A program made the position numbers and the translations under genes. Shown in pieces: positions 1 to 10,472 of a stretch of 64,000 bases of DNA (the first letter of the stretch is position 1; every line of letters begins with the position of its first letter). The DNA lies in NCBI GenBank assembly GCA_044462445.1, contig JBIQNJ010000004.1:6500-70499 (forward strand), in the 5' to 3' direction. The notes under the pieces were generated by a model that had not been told where the DNA came from, did not search any database, and worked only from the letters and a program-made list of their open reading frames with translations. Origin of the DNA: Truepera radiovictrix. Its GTDB lineage: Bacteria > Deinococcota > Deinococci > Deinococcales > Trueperaceae.

Positions 1-1815
1 GAACGACTCCGCCAGGCGCACGGCGCTGGCGCTGAAGGCGTCCTCGGTCGAGAAGTTGTCGATGTTGAGGATGGCCACGATCTCGCCGTCTGCGTCGGCG
101 ATGGGCACCATCACCTGGCTCTTCATCTCGTCGAAGTCCCGGCCGGAGATGTGGGCCGGGGAGCGCGAGGAGGCGCGGCTATGCACGGAGATGGCCTCAC
201 CCTTCAGCACGCGCGCGGTGCCTGACTCGAACTCCAGGGGCGTGCCCCCGTGCCAGGTCAGCTGCTCGTCGTAGGTGAACGGTCCGGCGAGCGACTGGAG
301 CTCCTCCAGGTCCCAGCCGACCGCGGCCTCGTAGTAGTACAGGTCTCCCTGCCGCACGAGGATGGTGGCAGCCTCGGCCCCCGGAACCAGTTCGACGGTC
401 GCCTCCGCCGCGCGGCGGTACAGCAGCTCCGGAGCTTCCGAGCTGCGCAGCTGCTTTATGACGGCCAGCATGGCGATCAGCTGCCGGTTCAGCGTGGCGC
501 GCTCCAGGGCGGCGGCCAGCGACGTGGTCGTCGCCACGAGCGTGCGGCGCTGCGTGTCGGTCCAGGGGCGCTCATGCCCGACGCGGGTCAGCGCCAGGAG
601 GGCCGTCACCTGTGAGGTGGCGTCGACGATGGGCACTATGGCCACGGAGCGGGCGTCCTTGGCGCCGCTCCACACGGGGGCGGTCACCGCGTCATGGAAC
701 AGCGGCTGGCGCGTGCTCCATGCCGTGGCCAGCTCGCCCGCGTACGGCAGGCCGGTGCGAAGCTCAGCCTGGCGCTCCTCTGACAGGAGGCCGCGCACTG
801 CCAGGGTCGTGAAGCGTCCGTGGGTGAGCGTCATGATGGCGCCGCAGTCGACGTCCAGCTCTGAGACGAGCACATCCAGCGCCCCGCCCACGGCCTCCGA
901 GACGCCCTCGGTCAGCAGCAGCCGCTGGCTCAGCTGCGCCAGCACGTCCTGCTCGGCCTTGCTGCGGGCCAGCTCGAGCGTGGTGTTCAGCCTCTGCAGC
1001 ACCTCCTCGACCATGCGTACGAAGGCGTCGAGCGACTCCTGGACATCGGCGCCGAAAGCGTTCTTGCCGTCGTGCTCAAGGTTCAGCACGGCCGTCACCT
1101 GCTCGCCCAGCCTGATGGGCAGGGCCAGTTCGCTGAGTGTGGGCTCGGCGCCGGGAGCCACCATGTAGTCCGCATCGAGCGTGGCGTCGGGCACGTACTG
1201 CTTACTGCCGGTCGTGAAAGCGCGGCCGGTGACCGTCTTCAGCGGTATCGAGAAGTCCGGCTGGACCTTCCAGCGCCAGGTGGTGTGTACCCGTAAACCG
1301 TCCGCCTCCGGCACGAAGATCTCGGCGTGCGTGAACGGCAGCATGTCTGACAGTAGTCTGGGGGCGTTGCGGAACAGCTCGTCGATGCTGGCGGCCTGGT
1401 TGAGCTCGATGGCGGCCTCCTGCAGCAGCCGCGCCCGCCGTTCCGACGTCCGGGCGCGCCGCTCCGAGAGGCGCCAGAGTGAGAAGATCTGGTGACCGGC
1501 GAGGGCGCCCAGGGCCATGGCCAGAACCAGCCCCAGGTAGTCGTGGACCGGGGCGGGCGTGCCCATATAGGTGGACCGCAGATACACCAGGCCGATGCCG
1601 AAGGGGATGAGCAGCGCCCCCGCCTGCCACCCTAGGCCCGTGGTGACGACCATGAACGGTATGGCCAGCAGGAACCCCTGCCAGTAGGTCACCTGGCCAA
1701 GCGCGAAGCTGACGAGAAAGAGCATGGTGCAGAGGAGCATGAGGGCGACCGGGACAGACCTCAGCCGGAGCCGGGTGAGTCTCGACGGGAGCCACTTGCG
1801 CACTGCACTGTTCAT
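1..1815 (-). CDS. Membrane-anchored multi-GAF-domain sensor protein; the C-terminal part is cut off by the window edge
   Basis: Absent from the ORF track because it has no stop inside the window. My minus-strand translation from ATG (cat 1813-1815, preceded by GGAGG) stays open to base 1 (605 codons). It has a hydrophobic N-terminus (MNSAVRKWLPSRL...LLCTMLFLVSFALGQ) and then three GAF-like repeats (ELALPIRLGEQVTAVLNLEH; SVAIVPIVDATSQVTALLALTR; QVMVPIADADGEIVAILNIDNF). Confidence 0.7.
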   Translation of the reverse strand, partial: MNSAVRKWLPSRLTRLRLRSVPVALMLLCTMLFLVSFALGQVTYWQGFLLAIPFMVVTTGLGWQAGALLIPFGIGLVYLRSTYMGTPAPVHDYLGLVLAMALGALAGHQIFSLWRLSERRARTSERRARLLQEAAIELNQAASIDELFRNAPRLLSDMLPFTHAEIFVPEADGLRVHTTWRWKVQPDFSIPLKTVTGRAFTTGSKQYVPDATLDADYMVAPGAEPTLSELALPIRLGEQVTAVLNLEHDGKNAFGADVQESLDAFVRMVEEVLQRLNTTLELARSKAEQDVLAQLSQRLLLTEGVSEAVGGALDVLVSELDVDCGAIMTLTHGRFTTLAVRGLLSEERQAELRTGLPYAGELATAWSTRQPLFHDAVTAPVWSGAKDARSVAIVPIVDATSQVTALLALTRVGHERPWTDTQRRTLVATTTSLAAALERATLNRQLIAMLAVIKQLRSSEAPELLYRRAAEATVELVPGAEAATILVRQGDLYYYEAAVGWDLEELQSLAGPFTYDEQLTWHGGTPLEFESGTARVLKGEAISVHSRASSRSPAHISGRDFDEMKSQVMVPIADADGEIVAILNIDNFSTEDAFSASAVRLAESF

Positions 1816-1975
1816 GCCTCCGATTCTGCGGTGCGGGGTCTTACGGCGTCCTTAGGAGTTTCTTACGGGTTTGTCACGGTATGAACGGCAACATCAACGC
1901 GTGTAGGCACGCCCAGGCGTCGGCCGGGCTGTGGGTTCGTCGCTCTCTGGAGCCGGTAAGCGAGGGGGTAAACTG

Positions 1976-4900
1976 TTGCCCGTGAAGAAGAGCACCAAGA
2001 GAAGCCCGGCTCCCAGCTCCAGGTTCGACCTGGAGGCCGTGGGTTTGGTGCTGCTGGCCATCGGCATCTTCGGCGCAGGCGTGCTGGTGCCCGCCCTGCC
2101 GACGGGCGAGCTGGGGCAGAGCGTGCGCGGAGCACAGGTCGGCACCTTCGGCTGGGTGGCGTACGCCCTGCCCGTGCCCGTGCTCGTACTGGGCGCCCTC
2201 TTCCTCATGCGACGCAACCCCCGCTGGTGGCCCCGTGCGCTGCTGGGCTACCTGCTCCTGCTCGCCGGCCTGTGGGGAGTAACGGTCGGCCTGGCGCCTA
2301 CCGCGACGGGCGTCTGGGGCGTGCAGCTCAGGGCCACTCTCGGCGCCACCTGGGGCACGCTGGCCGCACTGCCTGCAGTAGTGGTCGCCACCATCGGCAT
2401 CGACCTGCTGGCCGGCTGGGCGCCCACGCGCCTTCTGCGTGCCGTGCTGCGGGGCGTGTTCGGGGCCATAAGGCGCGCCTGGAAGTGGCTGAGCGACACC
2501 CGGCGCCAGCTACGCAAGCGGGCCGCCTTCCAGGCGGACGTAGCGCAGGCGCGCAAGGCGCTGGGCGAGATAGATCGCGACCTGCAGGCGCTCAGCAGCC
2601 TGTACCCGGGCAGCGCCGAGCTGGAGCGCTGGCGTGAGGACGTCAAGGAGAGCCGCAGGCTGCTCTCCGATCCGGACGACGGCAGCCTCAAGGAGGCTCG
2701 AGCGGACGTGCGCGCCTGGCAGGGCGCGGTGGCGGGTTTCACCAAGGACCGCGCCGTGGAGCTGGGTTATCAGCTGGCGGCCGAGTCGGCCGTGGCCCCG
2801 GACCCCGAGGCCACCACCTTCGACGTGTGGGCCACGGGCGTCAAGCGCGGGCTCGACGACCCCCTGCCGGAGAGGGGGGCCGCCGCCGAGGCGCTCGAGC
2901 GGGTGCGCAAGGCGCTCGCCCTCGATCTGGTGGCGCTGATCGAGCGGCAGCGCCGGCTGGCGCGCGAGCGCGATCAGGACCAGCGCGAGCTCAAGCGCAT
3001 GACGCCCAGGCAGTTGGCCGCTGCCTACATGGCCCATCAGAAGCGCGTGGCCGACCTCAGGCAGGCCGAGGCCGACGCCGATCAGCTGGCGTCGCACGCG
3101 GCCGAGTTCGAGCGCTGGCGGCCGCTGGCGGCCAGGCTGGAGGGCGCCCTTGCCGCGTACCCCGACTACGAGGAGCTGGCTGACTACCACCGCACCCTCG
3201 CCGGAGAGCTGAGCTCCAAGGGCCGCGACCTGCTGCTGCAGGACCAGGGGTGGGATGAGGCGCTGTCGGCCGTCATCCGCCGGGCGGAGACCCAGCGCCA
3301 GGAGATGGAGCGGGCGGCCGCAGAGCAGGCGCGGCTGGAGCGCCTGGCGGCGGAGCAGCGTCAGCAGCTCGAGGCGGAAGAGGCCGAGAGGCCGGCGGAG
3401 CAGGAGGCCCACGCCGGCGCCGGTGGTGGCGTCACCTCGGAGTGGGATGATCAGGGCTGGCGCGAAGGCTTCGGTGATGCCGGCAGCACCGAGTTAGACC
3501 GGGCCGGACTGGTCGGCAAGGAGCAGCGCACGGTAGCGGCGCCGCTCCACGCCGGCGCTGCCGCCGCGGGCCACGAACCCGACCCGCGGGTAGCGAACGC
3601 GCTCCTCGACGAGGACCAGGCCGTGACTCAGCGCCCCGAAGCCGCAACAGACGCCCCTGCCGCGCCGCGCCGGCCGGCCGGCGGCGCGCCTGGCCAGGTC
3701 ACGCCGGGCACCTCGCCCGACATCCCTGCCGTAGGCGCCATCAAGATCCAGGTGCCGCCGGTGGACCTGCTGGACGCGGCCAAGCAGCAGGGTCACGACC
3801 ACCGCGAGGCCGAGGCCGAGCGGCTCAACCGCATACGTCAGATCGACGAGACCCTCTCCAACTTCCGGCTGAGCGGCCGCGTTGTGGCCGCCGTGCGCGG
3901 CCCCACCGTCACGCGCTTCGAGGTGGAGCCCGCCCCGGGCGAGAAGATCAGCCGCTTCGCCAACCTGTCCGACGACCTGGCGCTCGCCATGGCCGTGGGT
4001 TCGGTGCGCATCGAGGCGCCTATCCCGGGTAAGAGCGTCATCGGCCTAGAGGTGCCCAACGCCTACCCGGAGGTGGTGCGCTTCAGGGAGGCCATAGAGT
4101 CGAGCGAGTTCCGCCGCTCGCAGGCGCGCATGCCGGTGGTGCTGGGGCGCTCCATCGAGGGCGAGATGTGGATAGGCGACCTGACGCGCATGCCGCACCT
4201 GCTCATCGCCGGCTCCACCGGCTCGGGCAAGTCGGTCGCCGTGAACACGCTCATCAGCTCGCTGCTCTACCGCTTCCTGCCCACGCAGCTCAGGTTCCTG
4301 ATGATCGACCCGAAGATGGTGGAGCTCACGCCGTACGACGGTGTGCCGCACCTGCTGCGGCCGGTGGTCACCAACCCGGCCGACGCCGCCGGCGTGCTGC
4401 TGGGCGCCGTGTCGCACATGGAGCGGCGCTACAAGATGATGAGCAAGATCGGCGCCAAGAACCTGGACCAGTACAACGAGAAGGCGGTGGAGCTCGACAT
4501 GCCGCCGTTGCCGTTCATCACGATCATCATCGACGAGCTGGCCGACCTCATGATCACCTCGCCGAAAGAGGTGGAGTCTGCCATCATGCGCCTGGCGCAG
4601 ATGGCGCGCGCCACCGGCATGCATCTCATCCTCGCCACGCAGCGGCCCTCGGTGGATATCCTCACGAGCCTCATCAAGGTCAACGTGCCGGCCCGCATGG
4701 CGTTCGCCGTGTCCAGCAGCCACGACTCGCGCACCATCCTCGACTCGATGGGCGCCGAGCGGCTGACCGGTCGCGGCGACATGCTCTTCTACCAGCCGGG
4801 GCTGCCCAAGGCCGTGCGCCTGCAGGGCCCGTTCGTGAGCGAGCGCGAGACGACGCGCCTGGCCGACTTCCTGAGGCGCCAGTACTTCGACGACGACTTC

Positions 4901-5188
4901 GTCGAGGCCTACGGCGCGGACTTCGACCCGCCCTCGCCCGATGAGTCGGAGGCCTCGGGCCTCATCGACTGGAACGACGACAAGCTCAGGCTGGCCGCAG
5001 AGCTGGTGGTGAACGAGGGGCAGGCCAGCGTCTCAAGGCTGCAGCGCAGGCTGTCGGTGGGGCACGCCCGCGCCGGCAAGCTCATGGACTCCCTCGAGGG
5101 GCTGGGCGTGGTCGGCCCGCACCAGGGCAGCAAGCCGCGTGACGTGCTGGTGCAGTTCGAGGAGCTGCCGAACATCTTCGGCAAGTAG
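1976..5188 (+). CDS. ftsK: DNA translocase FtsK/SpoIIIE
   Basis: ORF 1931..5188. N-terminal TM helices, Walker [16 protein letters not shown], Walker [28 protein letters not shown], and a C-terminal winged-helix gamma domain ([25 protein letters not shown]). I moved the start to in-frame TTG 1976, 7 nt after GAGGGGG; GTG 1931 or GTG 1982 are alternatives. Confidence 0.9.
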   Translation: MPVKKSTKRSPAPSSRFDLEAVGLVLLAIGIFGAGVLVPALPTGELGQSVRGAQVGTFGWVAYALPVPVLVLGALFLMRRNPRWWPRALLGYLLLLAGLWGVTVGLAPTATGVWGVQLRATLGATWGTLAALPAVVVATIGIDLLAGWAPTRLLRAVLRGVFGAIRRAWKWLSDTRRQLRKRAAFQADVAQARKALGEIDRDLQALSSLYPGSAELERWREDVKESRRLLSDPDDGSLKEARADVRAWQGAVAGFTKDRAVELGYQLAAESAVAPDPEATTFDVWATGVKRGLDDPLPERGAAAEALERVRKALALDLVALIERQRRLARERDQDQRELKRMTPRQLAAAYMAHQKRVADLRQAEADADQLASHAAEFERWRPLAARLEGALAAYPDYEELADYHRTLAGELSSKGRDLLLQDQGWDEALSAVIRRAETQRQEMERAAAEQARLERLAAEQRQQLEAEEAERPAEQEAHAGAGGGVTSEWDDQGWREGFGDAGSTELDRAGLVGKEQRTVAAPLHAGAAAAGHEPDPRVANALLDEDQAVTQRPEAATDAPAAPRRPAGGAPGQVTPGTSPDIPAVGAIKIQVPPVDLLDAAKQQGHDHREAEAERLNRIRQIDETLSNFRLSGRVVAAVRGPTVTRFEVEPAPGEKISRFANLSDDLALAMAVGSVRIEAPIPGKSVIGLEVPNAYPEVVRFREAIESSEFRRSQARMPVVLGRSIEGEMWIGDLTRMPHLLIAGSTGSGKSVAVNTLISSLLYRFLPTQLRFLMIDPKMVELTPYDGVPHLLRPVVTNPADAAGVLLGAVSHMERRYKMMSKIGAKNLDQYNEKAVELDMPPLPFITIIIDELADLMITSPKEVESAIMRLAQMARATGMHLILATQRPSVDILTSLIKVNVPARMAFAVSSSHDSRTILDSMGAERLTGRGDMLFYQPGLPKAVRLQGPFVSERETTRLADFLRRQYFDDDFVEAYGADFDPPSPDESEASGLIDWNDDKLRLAAELVVNEGQASVSRLQRRLSVGHARAGKLMDSLEGLGVVGPHQGSKPRDVLVQFEELPNIFGK

Positions 5189-5276
5189 CGCCGTGGGGCC
5201 GCCGGGCGTGCGGTGGCCCGCGAACGGCGCGCAGAAGTAGTGCCCGTGTGCGGGTGCCCGCGGCCGGCCACGCGGC

Positions 5277-6221
5277 CTAGGTGGGGCCGAAGGCTCTCAC
5301 GAACGGCGTGCGCGCGACCTCGGTCAGCTGTTCCTCCGGCGTGCAGATGCCGTAGGCCATGGAGGGGGTGTTGAACCCCACGGCCAGTCGTCCGTCGGCC
5401 GTGACGACGATGAGGCCGCCGTCCCCGCCCATGCGCGCCACGTCGTGCAGTGCGCGTTTGACCGCCTGCTCAAGGTCGCTGCCGGCTGCCAGGTCTGCCG
5501 CCAGCTTGCCGGCGGTGCCCGCCTCCATGAACGCCTCGCCCTTGCCGGTGCACGAGACAGCCACGTGCTCGTCGGCGTACGTGCCGAGGCCCGGGATGGG
5601 TGCGTCGCCCACGCGGCCGCGCCACTGCCCGGTGCGACCGCCCGTGCTGGTGGCCGCCGCCAGGTGGCCGTCGTCGTCCAGCGCTACGGCGCCGACGGTG
5701 TTCGAGCCGCCCGCAGGCCTCTCCGCCGCCTGTTCCAACTGTTCGCCGTTGCCCATCTTCCAGATCTCCAGCTCGGAGGCGCTCTTGGACGTGATGAGCC
5801 GCTCGTTCGGAACGGGCTCCTGCACCAACGCCTCGGCGCCGGCGCCGATGATCATGACGTGCGGGGTGCTGGTACGCACCAGGTCGGCGATCAGGACGGG
5901 GTTGGGGGTGTTCGTCATGCCTGCCACGGCGCCTGCGCGGCTTCCCGGCGGGGCGTGTGACACCATGACGCACGCGTCCAGCTCGGCCACGCCGTCGCGC
6001 GTGAGCGCACCGCCGACGCCGGCATTGAACGCCGCGCTGTTCGACTCCATGCTCGTAACGGCTGCCAGCACGGCGGCCAGCGCCCGCGTGCCGTGAAGGC
6101 CGGAGTCCTGGTTGAGGGCCGCGTAGCCCGCCTCGGCCGCCTGGCGCAGGCCCGCCTCGTAGTCGGCGCCGTGACGCTCGCTGATGGCGCCGGCACCGCC
6201 GTGGATAAGAAGTATCGCCAT
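5277..6221 (-). CDS. Isoaspartyl peptidase / plant-type L-asparaginase (Ntn hydrolase)
   Basis: 314-aa ORF. MAILLIHGGAGAI N-terminus, autoprocessing/nucleophile context GGSNTVGAVALDDDGHLAAATSTGG, and GLGTYADE. Confidence 0.85.
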   Translation of the reverse strand: MAILLIHGGAGAISERHGADYEAGLRQAAEAGYAALNQDSGLHGTRALAAVLAAVTSMESNSAAFNAGVGGALTRDGVAELDACVMVSHAPPGSRAGAVAGMTNTPNPVLIADLVRTSTPHVMIIGAGAEALVQEPVPNERLITSKSASELEIWKMGNGEQLEQAAERPAGGSNTVGAVALDDDGHLAAATSTGGRTGQWRGRVGDAPIPGLGTYADEHVAVSCTGKGEAFMEAGTAGKLAADLAAGSDLEQAVKRALHDVARMGGDGGLIVVTADGRLAVGFNTPSMAYGICTPEEQLTEVARTPFVRAFGPT

Positions 6222-6343
6222 GGACGGAGCTTAACCCTCGCCACGGCGCCGCCGGCCCGCTTTGCGAGCGACCTGCCGGCCCGTGGCGGCTCGCCCGCAG
6301 CCCGACCCTCGCCGCGCACGCCGTTCGGTACACTGAGGGCCAC

Positions 6344-6835
6344 ATGCGCCTGGTGTTCTTCTACCTGATCCTGCTCGTGGCGCAAGGCTTCATATCCGCT
6401 CTGCTGGCTCCCGTTCCCCCTCCCGACCTCTTCCTGCTGGCGGTGCTCACCCTGCTCTGGCGCGTGAAGCCGTGGCAGCTGGTGCTGCTCGGATACGGGG
6501 CCGGGCTGGTGCAGGACCTCACGGGCAGCGGTGTGCTCGGCAGCCACGCGCTGGCGCTCGCCGCCGCCGCCCTCGTGGCGTCGCTCGTGCGCGCGCAGCT
6601 GTCTAACACGGGCGTGCTCGAGCGGGCGCTGGTGGTGTTCGTCGCCAGCCTGGGCAAATGGGCCGTGATGACCGGCATGCTCGTGTGGTTGGCTTCCGGC
6701 GATCTCGGCTTCGGCCGCCTCGGCGGCGTGGCGCTCATCGAGTCGGCGCTGACCGTGGCCGCCGGGCTGCTGGTGCTGCCGTGGGGTGCGGCGCTGCTGC
6801 AGCGCAGCCGCATACTGCGGAAGGAGCTGCTCTAG
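6344..6835 (+). CDS. mreD: Rod shape-determining protein MreD-like small polytopic membrane protein
   Basis: 163-aa, about 5-TM protein directly abutting the PBP2 gene (stop TAG 6833-6835, next start 6836). Size, hydrophobicity and position are typical of MreD. Confidence 0.6.
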   Translation: MRLVFFYLILLVAQGFISALLAPVPPPDLFLLAVLTLLWRVKPWQLVLLGYGAGLVQDLTGSGVLGSHALALAAAALVASLVRAQLSNTGVLERALVVFVASLGKWAVMTGMLVWLASGDLGFGRLGGVALIESALTVAAGLLVLPWGAALLQRSRILRKELL

Positions 6836-8638
6836 GTGCTCGGGCGCATGAAGGTCATGCTGGCGGTCATCCTGACCGTGCTGACGCTCTTCACCATCCG
6901 GCTCATGTACCTGCAGCTGGTCATGGGCGAGGAGTACGTGGCCAAGTCGCAGCAGAACGCGCTGCAGCAGCGCCGCATCATCCCGCTCAGAGGCCGCATC
7001 CTGGCCCGCGACGGCACGGTGCTGGCCGACGACCGGGTGGCCTACGACCTGCTGTACAGGGGCGGTGAGATCTCTGATTGGCAGGCGCTGGCCGCGCTAC
7101 TCGGCATCGAGGGCCCGCCGAAGCAGCCCGACCGGACGAAGCCCGACGAGGTGCAGAACGGCGCCGTGCTGGCCTGGAACATCCCGGACGAGCTGGTGCC
7201 GGCCGTGGAGGAACGGGTGGCGCAGAGCACGAACCTCTACCTGCGGGAGCGCATCGAGCGCACCTACCCCACCAACCTGGCGGCGCAGACCGTGGGCTAC
7301 ACGGCGCAGGCCGACCCCGCCCGCAACCCCGGCTACTCGAACAACGACCTCGTGGGCGTCGTCGGCCTGGAGGCCGGCCTGGAGCACGCGCTGTTCGGTG
7401 CTGCCGGTACCCGCGAGGTGGAGGTCGACAACCGGGGCACGGTGGTGGCCTCCAAGGTGCTCTTCAACGCCATGCCCGGCCAGGACGTGGTGCTGACGCT
7501 AGACCCGAACATCCAGCGCATGGCCGAGGACGTGCTGGCCGGCGCCGTGCGCTACGTGAACGAGGACCGCGCCCGGGTAGGGCTCCCGCAGGAGGAGACG
7601 GCCCGTGGCGCCCTCGTGGCGCTCGACCCTCACACGGGCGAGATACTGGCGCTGGCCAGCTACCCTTCGTTCGACCAGAACGTGTTCACGCACCGGCCGT
7701 CCGATCCGGCCGCGGTGACGGCCATCCTCACGGACTCTCGCAACATGCCACTGTCGAACCGCGCCGTAGAGGCCTACGCACCCGCATCGACGTTCAAGGT
7801 GGTCACCACCTCGGCCATGCTCGAGAACGGCTACGCGGGCCCCAACACGCGCTACCCGTGCTCCGCCCGGTTCCAGTTCGGCGGCGGCACGTGGCACAAC
7901 TGGGCCACCTTCGACAAGGGCAGCTACGACGCCCGCCACGCGCTGGCCGACAGTTGCAACACGTACTTCTTCTACGCTGCGGTCGCCACCCCCGGCTTCA
8001 GCCAGGGGTGGGCGCCGTTCATCTCCGACGTGGTCGACCGCGCCCGCGAGTTCGGCTTCGGCGTGCGCCTCAACATCGGCCTGCCGGAGGAGAAGCCCGG
8101 TCGCGTGCCAGACCGCGACTGGGTGAGGTCGCAGCCGCAGTACGAGTACGGCTGGCTGCCGGGCTTCACGCTCAACACCGTCATCGGTCAGGGCGACGTG
8201 CTGGCCACCCCCCTGCAGGTGGCCCGGTTCGTCTCCACGCTGGCACTGGACGGCACCCTGGTGGAGCCTCACATCGTGAAGCAGGTCGGCGACGACGTCT
8301 ACGTGCCTGAGGTGACCCAACTGGAGGGCAGCCACTGGTCGGTGCTGAAGGAAGGCATGAGGCTCATGCTCACCGACTACCCCTCGCGCTCCATCCTCGG
8401 CCCCGGGGCGTTCCCCGTCAGCGTGGCCGGCAAGACGGGCACGGCGGAGACGCCCCGCGGCCGCGACTACACCCACTCCTGGTTCATGGGCTTCAGCCCG
8501 TACGAGGACCCGGAGGTGGCCTTCGTGGTATTCATCGAGTACGGCGGCTCCAGTTCACGTGTGGCTATCCCGGTGGCTCGGGATTTCATGGCGGGGTACT
8601 GGACGCTGCGTGGCGTGGAGGTAACGAACAACCCATGA
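6836..8638 (+). CDS. mrdA: Penicillin-binding protein 2 (elongation-specific transpeptidase)
   Basis: 600 aa. N-terminal TM anchor, active-site motifs APASTFKVVT (SxxK), ADSCNTYF (SxN) and AGKTGTAE (KTG). AGGAG lies 9 nt upstream of GTG 6836. Confidence 0.9.
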   Translation: MLGRMKVMLAVILTVLTLFTIRLMYLQLVMGEEYVAKSQQNALQQRRIIPLRGRILARDGTVLADDRVAYDLLYRGGEISDWQALAALLGIEGPPKQPDRTKPDEVQNGAVLAWNIPDELVPAVEERVAQSTNLYLRERIERTYPTNLAAQTVGYTAQADPARNPGYSNNDLVGVVGLEAGLEHALFGAAGTREVEVDNRGTVVASKVLFNAMPGQDVVLTLDPNIQRMAEDVLAGAVRYVNEDRARVGLPQEETARGALVALDPHTGEILALASYPSFDQNVFTHRPSDPAAVTAILTDSRNMPLSNRAVEAYAPASTFKVVTTSAMLENGYAGPNTRYPCSARFQFGGGTWHNWATFDKGSYDARHALADSCNTYFFYAAVATPGFSQGWAPFISDVVDRAREFGFGVRLNIGLPEEKPGRVPDRDWVRSQPQYEYGWLPGFTLNTVIGQGDVLATPLQVARFVSTLALDGTLVEPHIVKQVGDDVYVPEVTQLEGSHWSVLKEGMRLMLTDYPSRSILGPGAFPVSVAGKTGTAETPRGRDYTHSWFMGFSPYEDPEVAFVVFIEYGGSSSRVAIPVARDFMAGYWTLRGVEVTNNP

Positions 8639-9198
8639 AGGCACGAGGAACCCGCGGCGGCATCTTGTTGTCGCTCGAACCAGGCGACGACGCCGACCAG
8701 GTGGCCGAGGCGCTGAGCGCGCACAGCGAGCTGCTCACCGGCAAGGTCTCGTTGGAACTGGCCGAGCGCACCCCATACGAGCTGGTCCAGGTAGTGGTCG
8801 AGCGCGTGGCCCAGGCAGGCGGCGAGTTCACCGACGTGCGCCCGCCCACGGCCGTCATCCAGGCGCGCGGCGAGACGGTGATAGTCAGCCGCACGGTCCG
8901 CTCCGGCGGTCGCGTAGAGTCGAGCGGCTCCGTGGTCGTGCTGGGCGACGTCAACTCCGGCGCAGAGATCCTCGCCAACGATGACATCATCGTCGTGGGC
9001 GTGCTGCGCGGCGTGGCGCACGCCGGCGCGTCGGGCAACGAGAAGGCCGTCATCTGGGCGGAGCGCATCCTTAGCCCGCAGCTGCGCATCGGCGGAGCCC
9101 TGGCGCAGTCCGGCGGCGAAGAGACGGACCTGAAGGGCCCGGAGGTGGCCCACCTCAAGGACGGCGCCATAGTTATCAGGCCGTGGAACACGCATTGA
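8635..9198 (+). CDS. minC: Septum site-determining protein MinC
   Basis: 187 aa. C-terminal beta-helix signature RSGGRVESSGSVVVLGDVNSGAEILANDDIIVVGVLRGVAHAG. The start ATG overlaps the mrdA stop (ATGA). Confidence 0.75.
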   Translation: MKARGTRGGILLSLEPGDDADQVAEALSAHSELLTGKVSLELAERTPYELVQVVVERVAQAGGEFTDVRPPTAVIQARGETVIVSRTVRSGGRVESSGSVVVLGDVNSGAEILANDDIIVVGVLRGVAHAGASGNEKAVIWAERILSPQLRIGGALAQSGGEETDLKGPEVAHLKDGAIVIRPWNTH

Positions 9199-9296
9199 GC
9201 TAGCGGTCCGCTTGGACCGGGGCCGCTGGCGCCTCGCGCGTGGCCCCATCAGGGGCGCGGCAGCCGCGCTTACGCCGCGCGAGAAGGAGGGCACAA

Positions 9297-10472
9297 GTGA
9301 GCAAGGACGTAGTGATAACCACGGCTGTGCGCACGCCGGTGGGGCGCGCGCACAAGGGGCTGCTCAAGGACACGCGCCCGGACGACCTGGCGGCGTTCAT
9401 CATCCGCGCGGCGCTGGAGCGCACGCCCGGGCTGCAGGGCGCCGAGGTCGACGACCTGCTGCTCGGCAACGCCCACCCCGAGGGGGAGGCCGGCTACAAC
9501 ATGGCGCGCATAGCTGTGCAGATAGCCGGACTACCCGACACCGTGGCGGCGGCCACCATCAACCGCTTCTGCGCCTCCGGCCTGCAGACCATCACCCAGG
9601 GGGTGCACTCCATCGCCCTGGGCATGAACGACGTGGTCCTGGCGGGGGGCAGCGACTGCACCAGCCGCGTGCCCATGGGAGGCCATCAGCTGGCCCCTAA
9701 CCGGGCGCTGCTGAAGAGCAAACCCGGCGCCTACCACACCATGGGCCAGACGGCCGAGGCCGTGGCGCGGCGCTACGGCATCACGCGTGAACAGCAGGAC
9801 GCCTTCGCCCTCAGGAGCCACGAGAAGGCGCTGGCCGCGCGCGCGAGAGGCTTCTTCGACGGCCACGTGGTGCCCACGCCCGTGCGCGTGCAGGACGAGG
9901 AGGGTGCCTGGCACGACACGGTGGTCAAGGCCGACGAGGGTCCGCGTGCCGGCACGAGCATGGAGAAGTTGGCGCAGCTACGCACGGTGTTCGCGGAGGA
10001 CGAGGCTGCCACGGTAACGGCCGGCAACTCGAGCCCGCTCAACGACGGTGCCGCCATGACGGTCCTCATGCGCGCCGACAGGGCCGAGGCGCTGGGCGTA
10101 AGGCCGCTGGCGCGCCTGGTTCAGGCTGCGGTGGTGGGCGTAGACCCGGAGGTCATGGGCATAGGCCCGGTTCCCGCCATCAGGAAGCTGCTCGGCAAGG
10201 TCGGCATGACGGTAGCCGACGTGGACCTGTTCGAGATCAACGAGGCGTTCGCCAGCCAGGCGTTCTACAGCCAGCGCGAGCTCGGCATCCCCGACGACAG
10301 GCTCAACGTAAACGGCGGGGCCATCGCCATCGGGCATCCCCTGGGGGCCACGGGCGCGCGCATAGCTGCCGACCTCTTCGCCGAGATGCACGCGCGGGGC
10401 GCCGAGCACGGCGTGATCTCCATGTGCGTGGGCGGCGGTCAGGGCATGGCAGCGCTCTTCAGGCTGGCCTAG
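9297..10472 (+). CDS. Acetyl-CoA C-acetyltransferase (thiolase)
   Basis: ORF 9240..10472, trimmed to in-frame GTG 9297 preceded by [26 protein letters not shown], active-site Cys context [20 protein letters not shown], and GHPLGATG...CVGGGQGMA. Confidence 0.9.
   Translation: MSKDVVITTAVRTPVGRAHKGLLKDTRPDDLAAFIIRAALERTPGLQGAEVDDLLLGNAHPEGEAGYNMARIAVQIAGLPDTVAAATINRFCASGLQTITQGVHSIALGMNDVVLAGGSDCTSRVPMGGHQLAPNRALLKSKPGAYHTMGQTAEAVARRYGITREQQDAFALRSHEKALAARARGFFDGHVVPTPVRVQDEEGAWHDTVVKADEGPRAGTSMEKLAQLRTVFAEDEAATVTAGNSSPLNDGAAMTVLMRADRAEALGVRPLARLVQAAVVGVDPEVMGIGPVPAIRKLLGKVGMTVADVDLFEINEAFASQAFYSQRELGIPDDRLNVNGGAIAIGHPLGATGARIAADLFAEMHARGAEHGVISMCVGGGQGMAALFRLA

Noticed and set aside
7078-8310. 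Many long ORFs in the track lie antisense to, or out of frame with, recognisable genes. Examples are 7078..8310 (+), 19592..20893 (-), 27244..29013 (-), 47252..48994 (+), 47298..49253 (-), 58692..60206 (-), 15735..16994 (+) and 56993..58279 (-).
   Set aside because: Their translations are Arg/Ala/Gly/Pro/His-rich low-complexity strings with no recognisable motifs. Each fully overlaps a gene with clear family signatures. Stop-free shadow frames are expected in roughly two-thirds G+C DNA.
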